A stretch of DNA of 64,000 bases from Bdellovibrio sp. (GTDB lineage Bacteria; Bdellovibrionota; Bdellovibrionia; Bdellovibrionales; Bdellovibrionaceae), in assembly GCA_036677065.1 (NCBI GenBank), contig JAKFBS010000002.1:1-64000 (forward strand), read 5' to 3'. Numbering within the stretch: the first letter of the stretch is position 1; every line of letters starts with the position of its first letter. This document shows positions 9,506 through 18,348 of the stretch, piece by piece. The translations under genes and the position numbers were made by a program. The notes below the pieces were generated by a model that worked only from the letters and a program-made list of their open reading frames with translations, was not told where the DNA came from and did no database searches.

Positions 9506-9545
9506 AGGTAGGGCATGCAGCCCGCACCGTCCCTTTTTGGGGAGC
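9506..9545. repeat. GC-rich dispersed intergenic repeat (REP-like), copy 1
   Basis: AGGTAGGGCATGCAGCCCGCACCGTCCCTTTTTGGGGAGC is 38/40 identical to 43216-43255. Confidence 0.9.
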
Positions 9546-9552
9546 AGCGCAT

Positions 9553-10230
9553 CTAGAAGTAAAATGTTAAAAGCATTTTGCCGGCGAAACCTAAAACATT
9601 TGAAGACGTACTGCTAGTGGCAATCTTCTTTTGTTCAGCTAAGCCTTCAAAACGTAACGCCGTTGTTGAACGCATTAAATACCAAGTTAAAAATCCACCA
9701 GCACCCAAAGCGAAAATTTGTGCACTTGAACCGTTGGTGAATTCGCGATTACCACCAAAAGTTTGCGCGGTTAAGCCATACACAGTGTCTTCGCTCGCGA
9801 CATTTGCGTTAATATTATAATCAAAATAGCCACCGACATAAAAATCAGTATTAAAGCCAGCGCCTTCATCTAATAAATTAATATGCACTAACGGCCCTAA
9901 TTCGTAATCGCCGTAGTTCCAGCCATAGCGGGCTTCGATATCGATTTGATGCTCTTGTAAGTTATCAGATTTAAAAAACGAAGTATCGATGCCGGCAGAA
10001 AAAGAATTTTCGCGCGAGCGGTTTGAACGGGGATAAGTCACATCTTCAGAAATTAATCCAGATTGTTTGCTGGATTGGATCGTGTACGTTTCGCCCGGAA
10101 TCAAAGGCACCGAACTTTCAATCACCGCCGAATTGCCTTTGGTTTTTTTAACCGTGAAAGTCGCAGCCAGCGCAGGTAACGAAATTAATGAAGTGATAAA
10201 GATGGATAAAACTAAGTTGTGTTGCTTCAT
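9553..10230 (-). CDS. Putative outer-membrane beta-barrel protein (start corrected from 10257)
   Basis: Signal peptide (…LPALA|AT) after a GAGG SD, alternating amphipathic strands, and a C-terminal LTFYF Bam-type signature. Confidence 0.7.
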   Translation of the reverse strand: MKQHNLVLSIFITSLISLPALAATFTVKKTKGNSAVIESSVPLIPGETYTIQSSKQSGLISEDVTYPRSNRSRENSFSAGIDTSFFKSDNLQEHQIDIEARYGWNYGDYELGPLVHINLLDEGAGFNTDFYVGGYFDYNINANVASEDTVYGLTAQTFGGNREFTNGSSAQIFALGAGGFLTWYLMRSTTALRFEGLAEQKKIATSSTSSNVLGFAGKMLLTFYF

Positions 10231-10261
10231 TGCCTCATTATGAGATCTATCGAGCATAGAC

Positions 10262-10289
10262 TCAAGTCCAGTTCGATCTTGACCGATAT
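10262..10289 (+). promoter_or_regulatory. Candidate FliA/sigma28 promoter
   Basis: TCAAG-N15-ACCGATAT upstream of the HD-GYP gene resembles the TAAAG-N15-GCCGATAA consensus. Confidence 0.5.
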
Positions 10290-10320
10290 TTGTTATAGAC
10301 CTATTTCTACGGGGGAATGC

Positions 10321-10971
10321 GTGTCGGTTAAACTCATTTGGGGTAATATACCTAATTGGGCCTATGACTCTGTCAAAGGCTTTCTTGAATGTTTAAAAAC
10401 AGTTGAACCATCTACTTACGAGCATTGCTTGCGGGTGGGTGAATACTCCAGAAAATTAGCGCGCGATATCGGGCTCAATGAGTACGAACAAAAAGTCGCC
10501 GAATTTTCAGGTCTGCTTCATGACATTGGTAAAATAGGTATCGAAAAAGATATTCTTTTAAAGCCAGGTCGCCTTGATCCCAAAGAATTAGATATCATGA
10601 GAAATCATTCTACCATCAGCGAACAGATCGTAAAACCACTAGCAACAAATCCCTTCTTCGCTCAGCTTTTGCCAGGTATCCGCGGTCATCACGAACGCAT
10701 TGATGGTGAAGGTTATCCCGATAAAAAAGTCGGTGACGAAATTTCATTATTCGCAAGAATTATTCTAGTCGTAGATACTTTCGATGCGATGACAGAAAAC
10801 CGCGTCTACAGAAAAGGTCTGCCACCGGAAATCGCGTTCTCAGAACTAAAACGCTGTGGTGGATCACAGTTTGATTCACAGTTAGTAAAAGCATTTTTGC
10901 AAGCGCAGCCCTACTGGAATACCGACAAAGATAAAGAAACAGAACATTTAATCGTTAAAAAGATCGCGTAG
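10321..10971 (+). CDS. Stand-alone HD-GYP cyclic-dinucleotide phosphodiesterase (GTG start)
   Basis: HCLRV, LLHDIGK, HHERIDGEGYP and DTFDAM motifs. GGGGGA SD precedes the GTG at 10321. Confidence 0.9.
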   Translation: MSVKLIWGNIPNWAYDSVKGFLECLKTVEPSTYEHCLRVGEYSRKLARDIGLNEYEQKVAEFSGLLHDIGKIGIEKDILLKPGRLDPKELDIMRNHSTISEQIVKPLATNPFFAQLLPGIRGHHERIDGEGYPDKKVGDEISLFARIILVVDTFDAMTENRVYRKGLPPEIAFSELKRCGGSQFDSQLVKAFLQAQPYWNTDKDKETEHLIVKKIA

Positions 10972-10974
10972 TAC

Positions 10975-11020
10975 GAAGCTCGCATCCTGCTGTAGCTTCT
11001 GACGGCGTCGTGCCGTCAGA
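10975..11020. repeat. Tandem GC-rich hairpins between convergent genes (REP-like or terminator)
   Basis: GAAGCT…GCATCCTGC…AGCTTC and TCTGACGGC-GTCGT-GCCGTCAGA. Both apices match GCRTCSTGC. Confidence 0.55.
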
Positions 11021-11040
11021 TCAATGGGATTGGGCGAATT

Positions 11041-11844
11041 TTAGTTTTGCTTATTCGTGCTTTCAAAAATCTTATCAGCAGATTTGGCAATAAAACCCTG
11101 ATAAAGTTTGCCATTCGGAAGCGCATAGCGCTTAGCGAATTCATAATAACATGCCGGGATTTTAAAAGTGCCATCTTTAAACTGCACAGGCTCTTCGTTG
11201 GCCATCGTTGAAGATTGCTCAAGTAATTCAGCCGGAGTTCCTTTGATTTCGCCACCAGAGGCATTGAGCTTAACGCCAAGGCCCTTAACGAATACATTAA
11301 GATCCTGAATGTTTTCAAACTGGTCTAATTGGTTAATATTTACAGTAAAGTGATTCGGTCTAAAGCCCCAAGCGTAAACCCAAGAAGCGTATTCGCTGAC
11401 TTCAGCCAATTTTTCATAAACTGAATGTTCGATAGGCCAGTGAGTGCCAGAGAAAATAAAATCTTCAGAATCAATTTTACTTTGCGGAATTAGCTCAACG
11501 ATTTGATTAATCGTTTTTTGAACAAACTCAGGCATTTTTTCTAACTCAAGTTCTGAGATAAAAATTTTTGGCATATCAGGATTAGTTTGGTGTTCGTAAT
11601 GTTTTGCGTATAATTTTTTTTCTATGAAAAAGTATTCACCAGAATCTTTGTAGCCGTACTTTTCAAAATGTTTAGCTAAAGACTTGATTCCAAGCTTAGG
11701 GTGGTTAAACGTTCGAAGAGCGATATGATCGTTTAAGACATGTTTATTGTTTTTTGAAAAAGCTTGATAAATTTGAGCAGCCTGCGGATTCATTTTGCAG
11801 TAATCAGCCCACATCGTGTCTAAAAATTGATTCAGATTATTCAT
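11041..11844 (-). CDS. DUF1338 family protein (2-oxoadipate dioxygenase/decarboxylase-like, VOC fold)
   Basis: NDHIALRTF, PKIFISEL, SEYASW, PNHFT, LEQSST and YYEFAKR motifs. Confidence 0.82.
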   Translation of the reverse strand: MNNLNQFLDTMWADYCKMNPQAAQIYQAFSKNNKHVLNDHIALRTFNHPKLGIKSLAKHFEKYGYKDSGEYFFIEKKLYAKHYEHQTNPDMPKIFISELELEKMPEFVQKTINQIVELIPQSKIDSEDFIFSGTHWPIEHSVYEKLAEVSEYASWVYAWGFRPNHFTVNINQLDQFENIQDLNVFVKGLGVKLNASGGEIKGTPAELLEQSSTMANEEPVQFKDGTFKIPACYYEFAKRYALPNGKLYQGFIAKSADKIFESTNKQN

Positions 11845-11894
11845 GCCCAAAAGTATACTGAGACTTGCTTCATATTTGCAAGCCTGTCTAGATT

Positions 11895-12695
11895 ATGAAT
11901 AAATATGCGTTAATGAATACATTTAAGTCCAAATTTTTCCTGACTATCGGGGCAATTTTAATAACTTTTGCTACGGCTTCTGCACAAGAGTCGCGCGCTC
12001 TATCCTTTATGTATTACAACGATTCGAGTTATAGCGGAAATTGCTCAGGCTATTACGTCAACGTAGCTAAAGCCAGCGAAGCTCCTGTCATCCGCATGGG
12101 GACGGCCAGACACTGCTTAGGATTTAGCAAATCATGGAGTGTCTATCCTTACGGGCTAACCGTAAAACACACAGGTGATGTGCCTAATGGGGATAAATAC
12201 AGCCGCAGCTATTCAAAAAGCTCTGTCTTGGTGGATGGCATCGATCATTTCTACGATCCTAAAGCAGTAAACATGAAGTACTACTTTGCCTTGCCAGAGA
12301 CTGATCCACAGCCAGGAGCCAGTCTTAGAATTTTTGGTTATCCTATGGGTATCGGTCCTAAACAGTTTTCCTGTATGCTTAGAGGCTATGTTATGCGTCC
12401 TAAGCAAATTCAAAACGAAGTTGAAAATGGAATTTTAGCTTACGTGGTTTGTCTCGGAGCGAATATCCAACCTGGAATCTCGGGCGGGCCAGTATTAAAC
12501 GCCCGGAATGAAGTTGTAGGCACAATCTCAGCTAAAGGATCAAATGTAATCGCATTCTATTCGCCGAATTACTTAGCGGGTTTAGAAAATATAAAAATGT
12601 GGAAGATTGTCGGTAATAAATTTGTCGAAGATTCGGTGCAGTATTTTTGCTTTAGCAAAGGCCACCGAATGTTGCCACTATCAAGCTGTAATTAA
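11895..12695 (+). CDS. Secreted trypsin-like (PA clan) serine protease
   Basis: TARHC and PGISGGPVLN motifs plus a signal peptide. Confidence 0.75.
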   Translation: MNKYALMNTFKSKFFLTIGAILITFATASAQESRALSFMYYNDSSYSGNCSGYYVNVAKASEAPVIRMGTARHCLGFSKSWSVYPYGLTVKHTGDVPNGDKYSRSYSKSSVLVDGIDHFYDPKAVNMKYYFALPETDPQPGASLRIFGYPMGIGPKQFSCMLRGYVMRPKQIQNEVENGILAYVVCLGANIQPGISGGPVLNARNEVVGTISAKGSNVIAFYSPNYLAGLENIKMWKIVGNKFVEDSVQYFCFSKGHRMLPLSSCN

Positions 12696-12701
12696 AAATA
12701 C

Positions 12702-12732
12702 AAAAAGGGCTACATTTTCATGTGCCCTTTTT
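12702..12732. terminator. Bidirectional intrinsic terminator
   Basis: AAAAAGGGCTACAT-TTTC-ATGTGCCCTTTTT between convergent genes. Confidence 0.75.
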
Positions 12733-12789
12733 CCGAAGATGCTAAAATTTAACCTACTGTTTAGATAAACAGTAATTAACTTTCGTTAA

Positions 12790-12969
12790 TTACTTAGTTT
12801 CTCTGTGAACAGTGTGTTTTTGCATGTTTGGATTGTATTTTTTCTTTTCAAGACGACCAGGTGTTTTAGTTTTATTTTTAGTCGTAGTGTAACGAGAAAC
12901 TGGTTTGCCTGCACCTTTTGCTTCAGTACATTCTAAAGTTACGATAATGCGTCCAGATTTTTTTGCCAT
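12790..12969 (-). CDS. rpmG: 50S ribosomal protein L33 (start corrected from 13029)
   Basis: [16 protein letters not shown]…RYTTTKNK…RLEKKKYNP…HTVHRETK with a GGAG SD. It has one Cys only, so it is the non-zinc-ribbon form. Confidence 0.95.
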   Translation of the reverse strand: MAKKSGRIIVTLECTEAKGAGKPVSRYTTTKNKTKTPGRLEKKKYNPNMQKHTVHRETK

Positions 12970-13046
12970 AGTAGTGCTCCATTTAAAATAACGAACGACT
13001 ATATAAAAAGATTTACCCCGTAGAGTCAATCGAATATAAGTTTCTT

Positions 13047-13907
13047 ATGTCATTAAATACACTCTTCATTGCTATTATTTCGGTGATTCTGCCTCTAACT
13101 GCCTCAGCGCAGATCTATGATGGCTCAACAAATACTCAGATCGAATTAAACCAAGTTATAGAGCAAATTCAGCCAGGGCAAATCTTAGTCATTGGAGAGC
13201 TACACGGGCTAAAGCCGATTCATGACCAGCAAATGGGCATTTTGCAGGCTTTGCGCGAGCGTGGCCACAAGGTCGCTGTCGGTATGGAGTTCTTTAATTA
13301 TACAGATCAAGCTTTAATTAATGATTTCCGCGCTGGCAGCCTTAACCAAGAAGACTTCAAAAAAGCCATCGCTTGGGGAGCAAATGATTTTGATCTTTAT
13401 GGCCCACAACTTCTTTTTGGTGAACAGGGTTTTGGAATTAATATCCCACGAGCAGTGACCAGCCAAATTTCAAAAAATGGTTTGGCCTCATTAACAGCTG
13501 AGCAACAACTTTTAATGCCACCTGATTTTGAATTAGGTAACGAGTCTTATAAGCGTCGTTTTAACGATGCGATGGGCGGGCACATGCCGCCAGAGAAATT
13601 CGCGAACTATTTCGCGGCGCAATCGGTGTGGGATGAAACAATGGCTTGGCAGGCGTTAAACTTCGTCGAAAAAAATCCTGACTATGTCTATGTGATTATC
13701 GTCGGTGAATTTCATGTGGCTTACGGCGGTGGGCTTCCAGACCGTTTACGCGCACGTCTTGGGTCGTTGAATGTATGCCGTGATGTCGAAGTTAAAACAA
13801 TCTCGCAAGTTTATACTGAGGGCTTAACGCCAGAAGAAATTCAAGAGCAGATTGCGCCTTCACTAAGAGATGGAAAGCGCGCTGATTGGATTATTTTATC
13901 TAAATAA
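13047..13907 (+). CDS. ChaN/DUF399 family exported protein (TIKI/EreA superfamily)
   Basis: GELH…H..Q, GMEFF, AAQSVWDETMA and VGEFHVAYGGGLP motifs plus a signal peptide. Confidence 0.8.
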   Translation: MSLNTLFIAIISVILPLTASAQIYDGSTNTQIELNQVIEQIQPGQILVIGELHGLKPIHDQQMGILQALRERGHKVAVGMEFFNYTDQALINDFRAGSLNQEDFKKAIAWGANDFDLYGPQLLFGEQGFGINIPRAVTSQISKNGLASLTAEQQLLMPPDFELGNESYKRRFNDAMGGHMPPEKFANYFAAQSVWDETMAWQALNFVEKNPDYVYVIIVGEFHVAYGGGLPDRLRARLGSLNVCRDVEVKTISQVYTEGLTPEEIQEQIAPSLRDGKRADWIILSK

Positions 13908-13912
13908 CGAAA

Positions 13913-15409
13913 TTAGTCTTCCGCGTGAGCGTGAGATGTTTCGGGTTCATTCGCTAAATTTTCGATAGGATCAGAAATTTTTTCTGAAACAGTTCCTAAA
14001 CCTTCTACTTTGTAAGTCGACCAGTCTAAAGGTTTTTTATCTTTATTTAATAAAACTGAGCGCACAAAGATAGTTGCCCCTTTACCGTATTGTTTAATTA
14101 AATCATCTTTAGAAATTACCGTTGTCTTTTGAGTCTGAAAGTTCACCTGAAGTTCGACAGAGCCCTTAGTTAATTTCAACATTTTTACATCTTGTGGTTC
14201 AACAATGGCTTCAAAAGATTTATCACTTTGATCAAGGCGAATGCGGGCTAAGAATGGAGCTGCGATATTTTTAATTGAGTTATCGTCTTTTAATTTATCA
14301 AAGTTACCTGCGCGGTAGGCTTCATAAGTAGGTTGGTCTAAACCGTCTAACCAGTCGGCATATTCAGTGTAGGTCACGCAGCGAACTTCTGGTCTATTGC
14401 AAACTAAGTTCGAGAACTCTTTCATCGCATCCCAATAAGCCGAACCATTCCATTTAGAAAAGTGGTGACCGATATGAACCGGAGCACGCCCACCGAAGTA
14501 GTTCTCTTTGAAATAAAAATTATAACTGTCTAACATTTGCTGTTTAAAGCGAAGTCTTTCTTCATCAGTTAACCCTGGTTTCGAAGCACCTGCAGAGTGA
14601 TAAACTAACCAGTTAAAATCCATCGATAGAGTTGTTCTGTTTGTTCCGGCAATTTTAATTCTGGCTAACGGAAAATTCCAACCACCCCAGTTTTGTTTTT
14701 GTGGCCAATAATTCGGAGCTGAACTTTTTGAAGTGTCATATCTGAAACCGTGTTTTTGCAAAGTTGGCCATAAACCATCCGTATAAGCTAATAACGGGGC
14801 ACGAAAGCCCACGATGTTTTCTGGCTTAAAGGCAAAACCACTTGGAGGGTATTGTTTTGGCTGCGGCAGTTTATTTAAAGCAAAGACATTAAAAAACAAA
14901 GTGTTAAATTGGTTGAATTCAGAATCCCAGGCGTTGGCATCCCAAGTGTTGCCAAACATCGGGTCGCCTTTGTCGCGACCTGTTTGGTCACAGTGAGCAT
15001 TGGCGTGCGAGCCGATTTCATGACCTTTTAAGTAGGCTGCATTCGTTAAGTTTACACGTAGAGGAAGTTTTGTTTTGTCGGTTTCCCAACCGATGCAGCT
15101 GACTGATTTATTTAACATCGGCGTTGTGTAATTATATTTTTCGCTTTGATGAAGATAGTAAACAGGATTTACGAAGTAAGTAAAACGGACCAAATTGTTT
15201 TTTGCTTGGTTATTAGTTTTTACAGTCTCGGCAAAGTCGATCGATTCTTTCCAGAAATCATTTGATTTTGAACCATCAAAAGCTAAGAGCACAAACTGTG
15301 GCGGGCGTTCAACCGATGTGGGTTTTCTGCTTTGCTGTTTGTTTTTTTGGGCGTAAACAGTCGGAGTTGCTAAAAGCATAACTAAGGCAAAGTTGATCCA
15401 ATTTTTCAT
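13913..15409 (-). CDS. Secreted polysaccharide/peptidoglycan deacetylase (CE4/NodB-like; start corrected from 15538)
   Basis: PPQFVLLAFDGS, GHEIGSHANAH, GFRAPLL, FRYDTS and HIGHHF motifs. Signal peptide begins at MKNWINF. Confidence 0.85.
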   Translation of the reverse strand: MKNWINFALVMLLATPTVYAQKNKQQSRKPTSVERPPQFVLLAFDGSKSNDFWKESIDFAETVKTNNQAKNNLVRFTYFVNPVYYLHQSEKYNYTTPMLNKSVSCIGWETDKTKLPLRVNLTNAAYLKGHEIGSHANAHCDQTGRDKGDPMFGNTWDANAWDSEFNQFNTLFFNVFALNKLPQPKQYPPSGFAFKPENIVGFRAPLLAYTDGLWPTLQKHGFRYDTSKSSAPNYWPQKQNWGGWNFPLARIKIAGTNRTTLSMDFNWLVYHSAGASKPGLTDEERLRFKQQMLDSYNFYFKENYFGGRAPVHIGHHFSKWNGSAYWDAMKEFSNLVCNRPEVRCVTYTEYADWLDGLDQPTYEAYRAGNFDKLKDDNSIKNIAAPFLARIRLDQSDKSFEAIVEPQDVKMLKLTKGSVELQVNFQTQKTTVISKDDLIKQYGKGATIFVRSVLLNKDKKPLDWSTYKVEGLGTVSEKISDPIENLANEPETSHAHAED

Positions 15410-15555
15410 GCACAAAATCCAGTGTAAAAAGTTTTGACAGGAAATACCTTCATAAACGGGCTGTTTTAGAGAGTTTCTCCTCTGAAATTGTCGGTTTTTA
15501 GTCAGTGAAACTGAAGGCCATTGAGGAAATCTTGTCATTGTATTAAAATGGACCA

Positions 15556-16386
15556 GTGCGAATCACCGTAAAAATACTTAAAACTGCTGTAGCCCTAGTG
15601 GGGCTTGTTTTTCTGAACGCCTGTGCAGAGAAATCTGCAGACCGTGGCTTTACAAATCAATTAGCCACGCCGGTCGAACAAATCGTTGGTGGCACTGAAG
15701 TGACTAGTTCAAAGCTTGTCGATAGTTTATTTGTCTTACTTGTGTCTGATAACAACGGTACACCGCAAGTCTGCACCGGTATGTTTATAACTAAAAAACA
15801 TATTCTTACTGCCGCCCATTGTGTGAATGACATCGAAAGTTTAAGCTTGATCACAGGAGTAAAACCACTGGCCAGTGAAGAAGGCCTAATGCTAACGCCA
15901 CTTCACATTGATCGCCATGAACAGTACAACGAAAAATCAATTATAGATCGAAACGATCTGGCTATCGTCACTATTGCCGAAGAAGTTCAATTAGCTAAAA
16001 AAGATTTTCCGCAGTTGCCTGATGAAAACATGATTCAAAAAATTGAAGCGGCTAACAATATTGAATTTATGGCCGTGGGTTATGGCAAGACCACTTCAAT
16101 TGTTAATCCAGAAGAACGTACTGAAGGTGTATTAAGAGCGGTGCGTTTGCAAACTACCAGCAAGAATTCAGCAGTGTTTATGGTGAGTCAAACAAACGGC
16201 AAGGGTGTTTGTTACGGTGACTCTGGTGGACCAGCTTTAAAGATTTATAATAAAAACTTATATTTAATCGGCGTGGCTTCAGGAATTTACGACGTTGATA
16301 CCATTAAAGTTGACGAATGTAAGCAAGGCTCGCTTTATATGAACATCGCTCCGCACATCGCGTGGATTCGCACTATCATTAAATAG
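15556..16386 (+). CDS. S1 trypsin-family serine protease, lipoprotein
   Basis: IVGG activation site, LTAAHC, NDLAIV and GDSGGP motifs, LNAC lipobox. Confidence 0.93.
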   Translation: MRITVKILKTAVALVGLVFLNACAEKSADRGFTNQLATPVEQIVGGTEVTSSKLVDSLFVLLVSDNNGTPQVCTGMFITKKHILTAAHCVNDIESLSLITGVKPLASEEGLMLTPLHIDRHEQYNEKSIIDRNDLAIVTIAEEVQLAKKDFPQLPDENMIQKIEAANNIEFMAVGYGKTTSIVNPEERTEGVLRAVRLQTTSKNSAVFMVSQTNGKGVCYGDSGGPALKIYNKNLYLIGVASGIYDVDTIKVDECKQGSLYMNIAPHIAWIRTIIK

Positions 16387-16387
16387 A

Positions 16388-16969
16388 CTATTTTTTAAAA
16401 AGTTCCATCTGCGTTAAAATATCAGCGACGATGTCTGTGGCTTTTTTCATTTTTGTGAAAAAGTCATTTTCTGCTGTAATAATCTGACGGTTAGGGTGAC
16501 CTTCCCAGCTTGAGCGCACCTTATCATTTAATAGATAGGCTTCATGAAAAGATTCTGTGCGAATGGCGTTGGTGGTGTCGTAACCGTCTTCAGTAGCGGT
16601 ATCTAAGTGTAAAACCCAGTCGTACCTGGCAAGCTCTGCTTCGCGTGTAGAGTTAATGTTTTTAAAAAAGTGATCGGCATTATCAGGCCAGTAAGCTAAT
16701 GAATCTAAAGATCCGCGATCGCAAATAATCAGTGAGTCCGGATGGCTATCAACTAATAGATCTTCGATATGGCGCAAAGTCGATACGATCGCTAATTGAC
16801 CATGATAATAGCCAGCATAATTTTTAATGCGTGGAAAACCACCTTTATACAAAATTGAAGCAGCTTCGGGAGCTACTTGGATTTTGCTTCCGAATTCTTT
16901 TTTTAAGACTTCAATTAAAGTTGTTTTTCCGCCTGAAGGCCCGCCGGTGATCGCTAGCTTTTTTGCCAT
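16388..16969 (-). CDS. AAA_28/NadR-type P-loop ATPase or kinase (start corrected from 17065)
   Basis: ITGGPSGGKTT Walker A, PEAA and ICDRGSLDSLAY motifs. Starts 1 nt after the upstream stop. Confidence 0.8.
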   Translation of the reverse strand: MAKKLAITGGPSGGKTTLIEVLKKEFGSKIQVAPEAASILYKGGFPRIKNYAGYYHGQLAIVSTLRHIEDLLVDSHPDSLIICDRGSLDSLAYWPDNADHFFKNINSTREAELARYDWVLHLDTATEDGYDTTNAIRTESFHEAYLLNDKVRSSWEGHPNRQIITAENDFFTKMKKATDIVADILTQMELFKK

Positions 16970-16970
16970 G

Positions 16971-18284
16971 TTATACCTTAGGTATGCATTTGCTAACAAT
17001 GTCATGACCGATCCAAGCAACAGGCTGCTGCGGCTTGAAGGCGTCATGAAGCATAATGTAGCCACATGATTTAAAAATAATTTCGCTCAATATCGGGCTC
17101 ATTAAAGCTTTTTCATCTTTATGAAATGCTACGATCTCATCAGAAAGAGCCAACATAGTTTCCATTTGCTCTTTCGTTGAATGTTGTGGCCAAGTTTCAA
17201 AATTACTTGTGCCATGTTTTTCTGAAAAATTCATAAAATGATCGATCTTTGCAAACATTTGTTCCATCATTTGCGGTTCTTTTAAAACATTTTCGCAATC
17301 AGCAAATAATTTCGCCGTGATCGGGTGGGTCGGCTGTTCACGTTTTAATGAGCGTAGCAGGTTGTATAAAGCAATTTCTACACCTTGAAAAATAGAACTC
17401 GAGTTCGTCAAAATTTCTGGGCAGTTGTACACACAAGTTTGCACGCCTTGTTGAAACCATTTTTTAGAATAATTTTCTAAATCAATCTTAGCCCAGCCTT
17501 GAATGTAAGGTGCATAAGACTGCCAACGGTATTCGCCATCAATAATTACTTCAGTGCCGTGGTAACCATAAGCTACGTATGACGTTGAAATATTTTTAGC
17601 TTTAAGTTTGTCACGTAAGGCTGTTGATTCTTCAACTAAGACATCAAAGGTTTCAGCAGTTACTGCGTGAAAGTTTGCTTTTAAGTAATTACCGATCGTG
17701 CTTTCCCAGAATTCACGAGAAGCTAACCAGCGATCACCTGTGCCTTTGAACACGCGATTCATAAGTGGAAGTACAATTTTAGCACGCGGAACACCGCCAG
17801 CCATTAAATGCGCAAAGTGCACATGATTGCCTGGTTGTAAGTTGGCTAAAACAGTTTTTTCTAATTGGGTAACAAACTCAGCCGTTTGTTTTGCAAAACG
17901 CGCACGGCCTTTAGCTGCACATTCAGTTATTGTTTTTTCTGAAAGTTGAATGTTTTGCCATTCGCTAAGTTTAACACCTTTAAGGTAATCATTAGGTGTT
18001 TGGCCCGAGCTATCAGTTTCTAAATCAAAACCAGCTTCTAAAGCCACATTAATGAACGGTTGTGGAATATTTTTTGATTCTTCTTCAGTTAAAGCGCGAA
18101 GATTACCATTTTCGTCACGACGACCAACCGTTGCGCGAACGACAGTTAAGCCATGGTGTTCGGCTTCTTCAACTAATCCATTGGCATAACCACGGTTAAA
18201 TAATTCACCGAATAAAACTAAAACATCACCTTTTTTAAAAGGCACTTCTTGGGGGCGTGTACGAATTGGCGTAAATTGTTTCAT
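16971..18284 (-). CDS. Probable enoyl-ACP reductase of the FabMG family
   Basis: LFGELFNRGYANGL, LEAGFD, HLMAGGVPRAK, YGYHGTE, YIQGWAK and NCPEILTNSS blocks match my recollection of this family. Not verified by search. Confidence 0.6.
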   Translation of the reverse strand: MKQFTPIRTRPQEVPFKKGDVLVLFGELFNRGYANGLVEEAEHHGLTVVRATVGRRDENGNLRALTEEESKNIPQPFINVALEAGFDLETDSSGQTPNDYLKGVKLSEWQNIQLSEKTITECAAKGRARFAKQTAEFVTQLEKTVLANLQPGNHVHFAHLMAGGVPRAKIVLPLMNRVFKGTGDRWLASREFWESTIGNYLKANFHAVTAETFDVLVEESTALRDKLKAKNISTSYVAYGYHGTEVIIDGEYRWQSYAPYIQGWAKIDLENYSKKWFQQGVQTCVYNCPEILTNSSSIFQGVEIALYNLLRSLKREQPTHPITAKLFADCENVLKEPQMMEQMFAKIDHFMNFSEKHGTSNFETWPQHSTKEQMETMLALSDEIVAFHKDEKALMSPILSEIIFKSCGYIMLHDAFKPQQPVAWIGHDIVSKCIPKV

Positions 18285-18348
18285 AAGGGCATCATTTTAC
18301 ACAATACAGCCCATGACTCAACGCTGTTTTTTGTGCTACCTTATTTCT

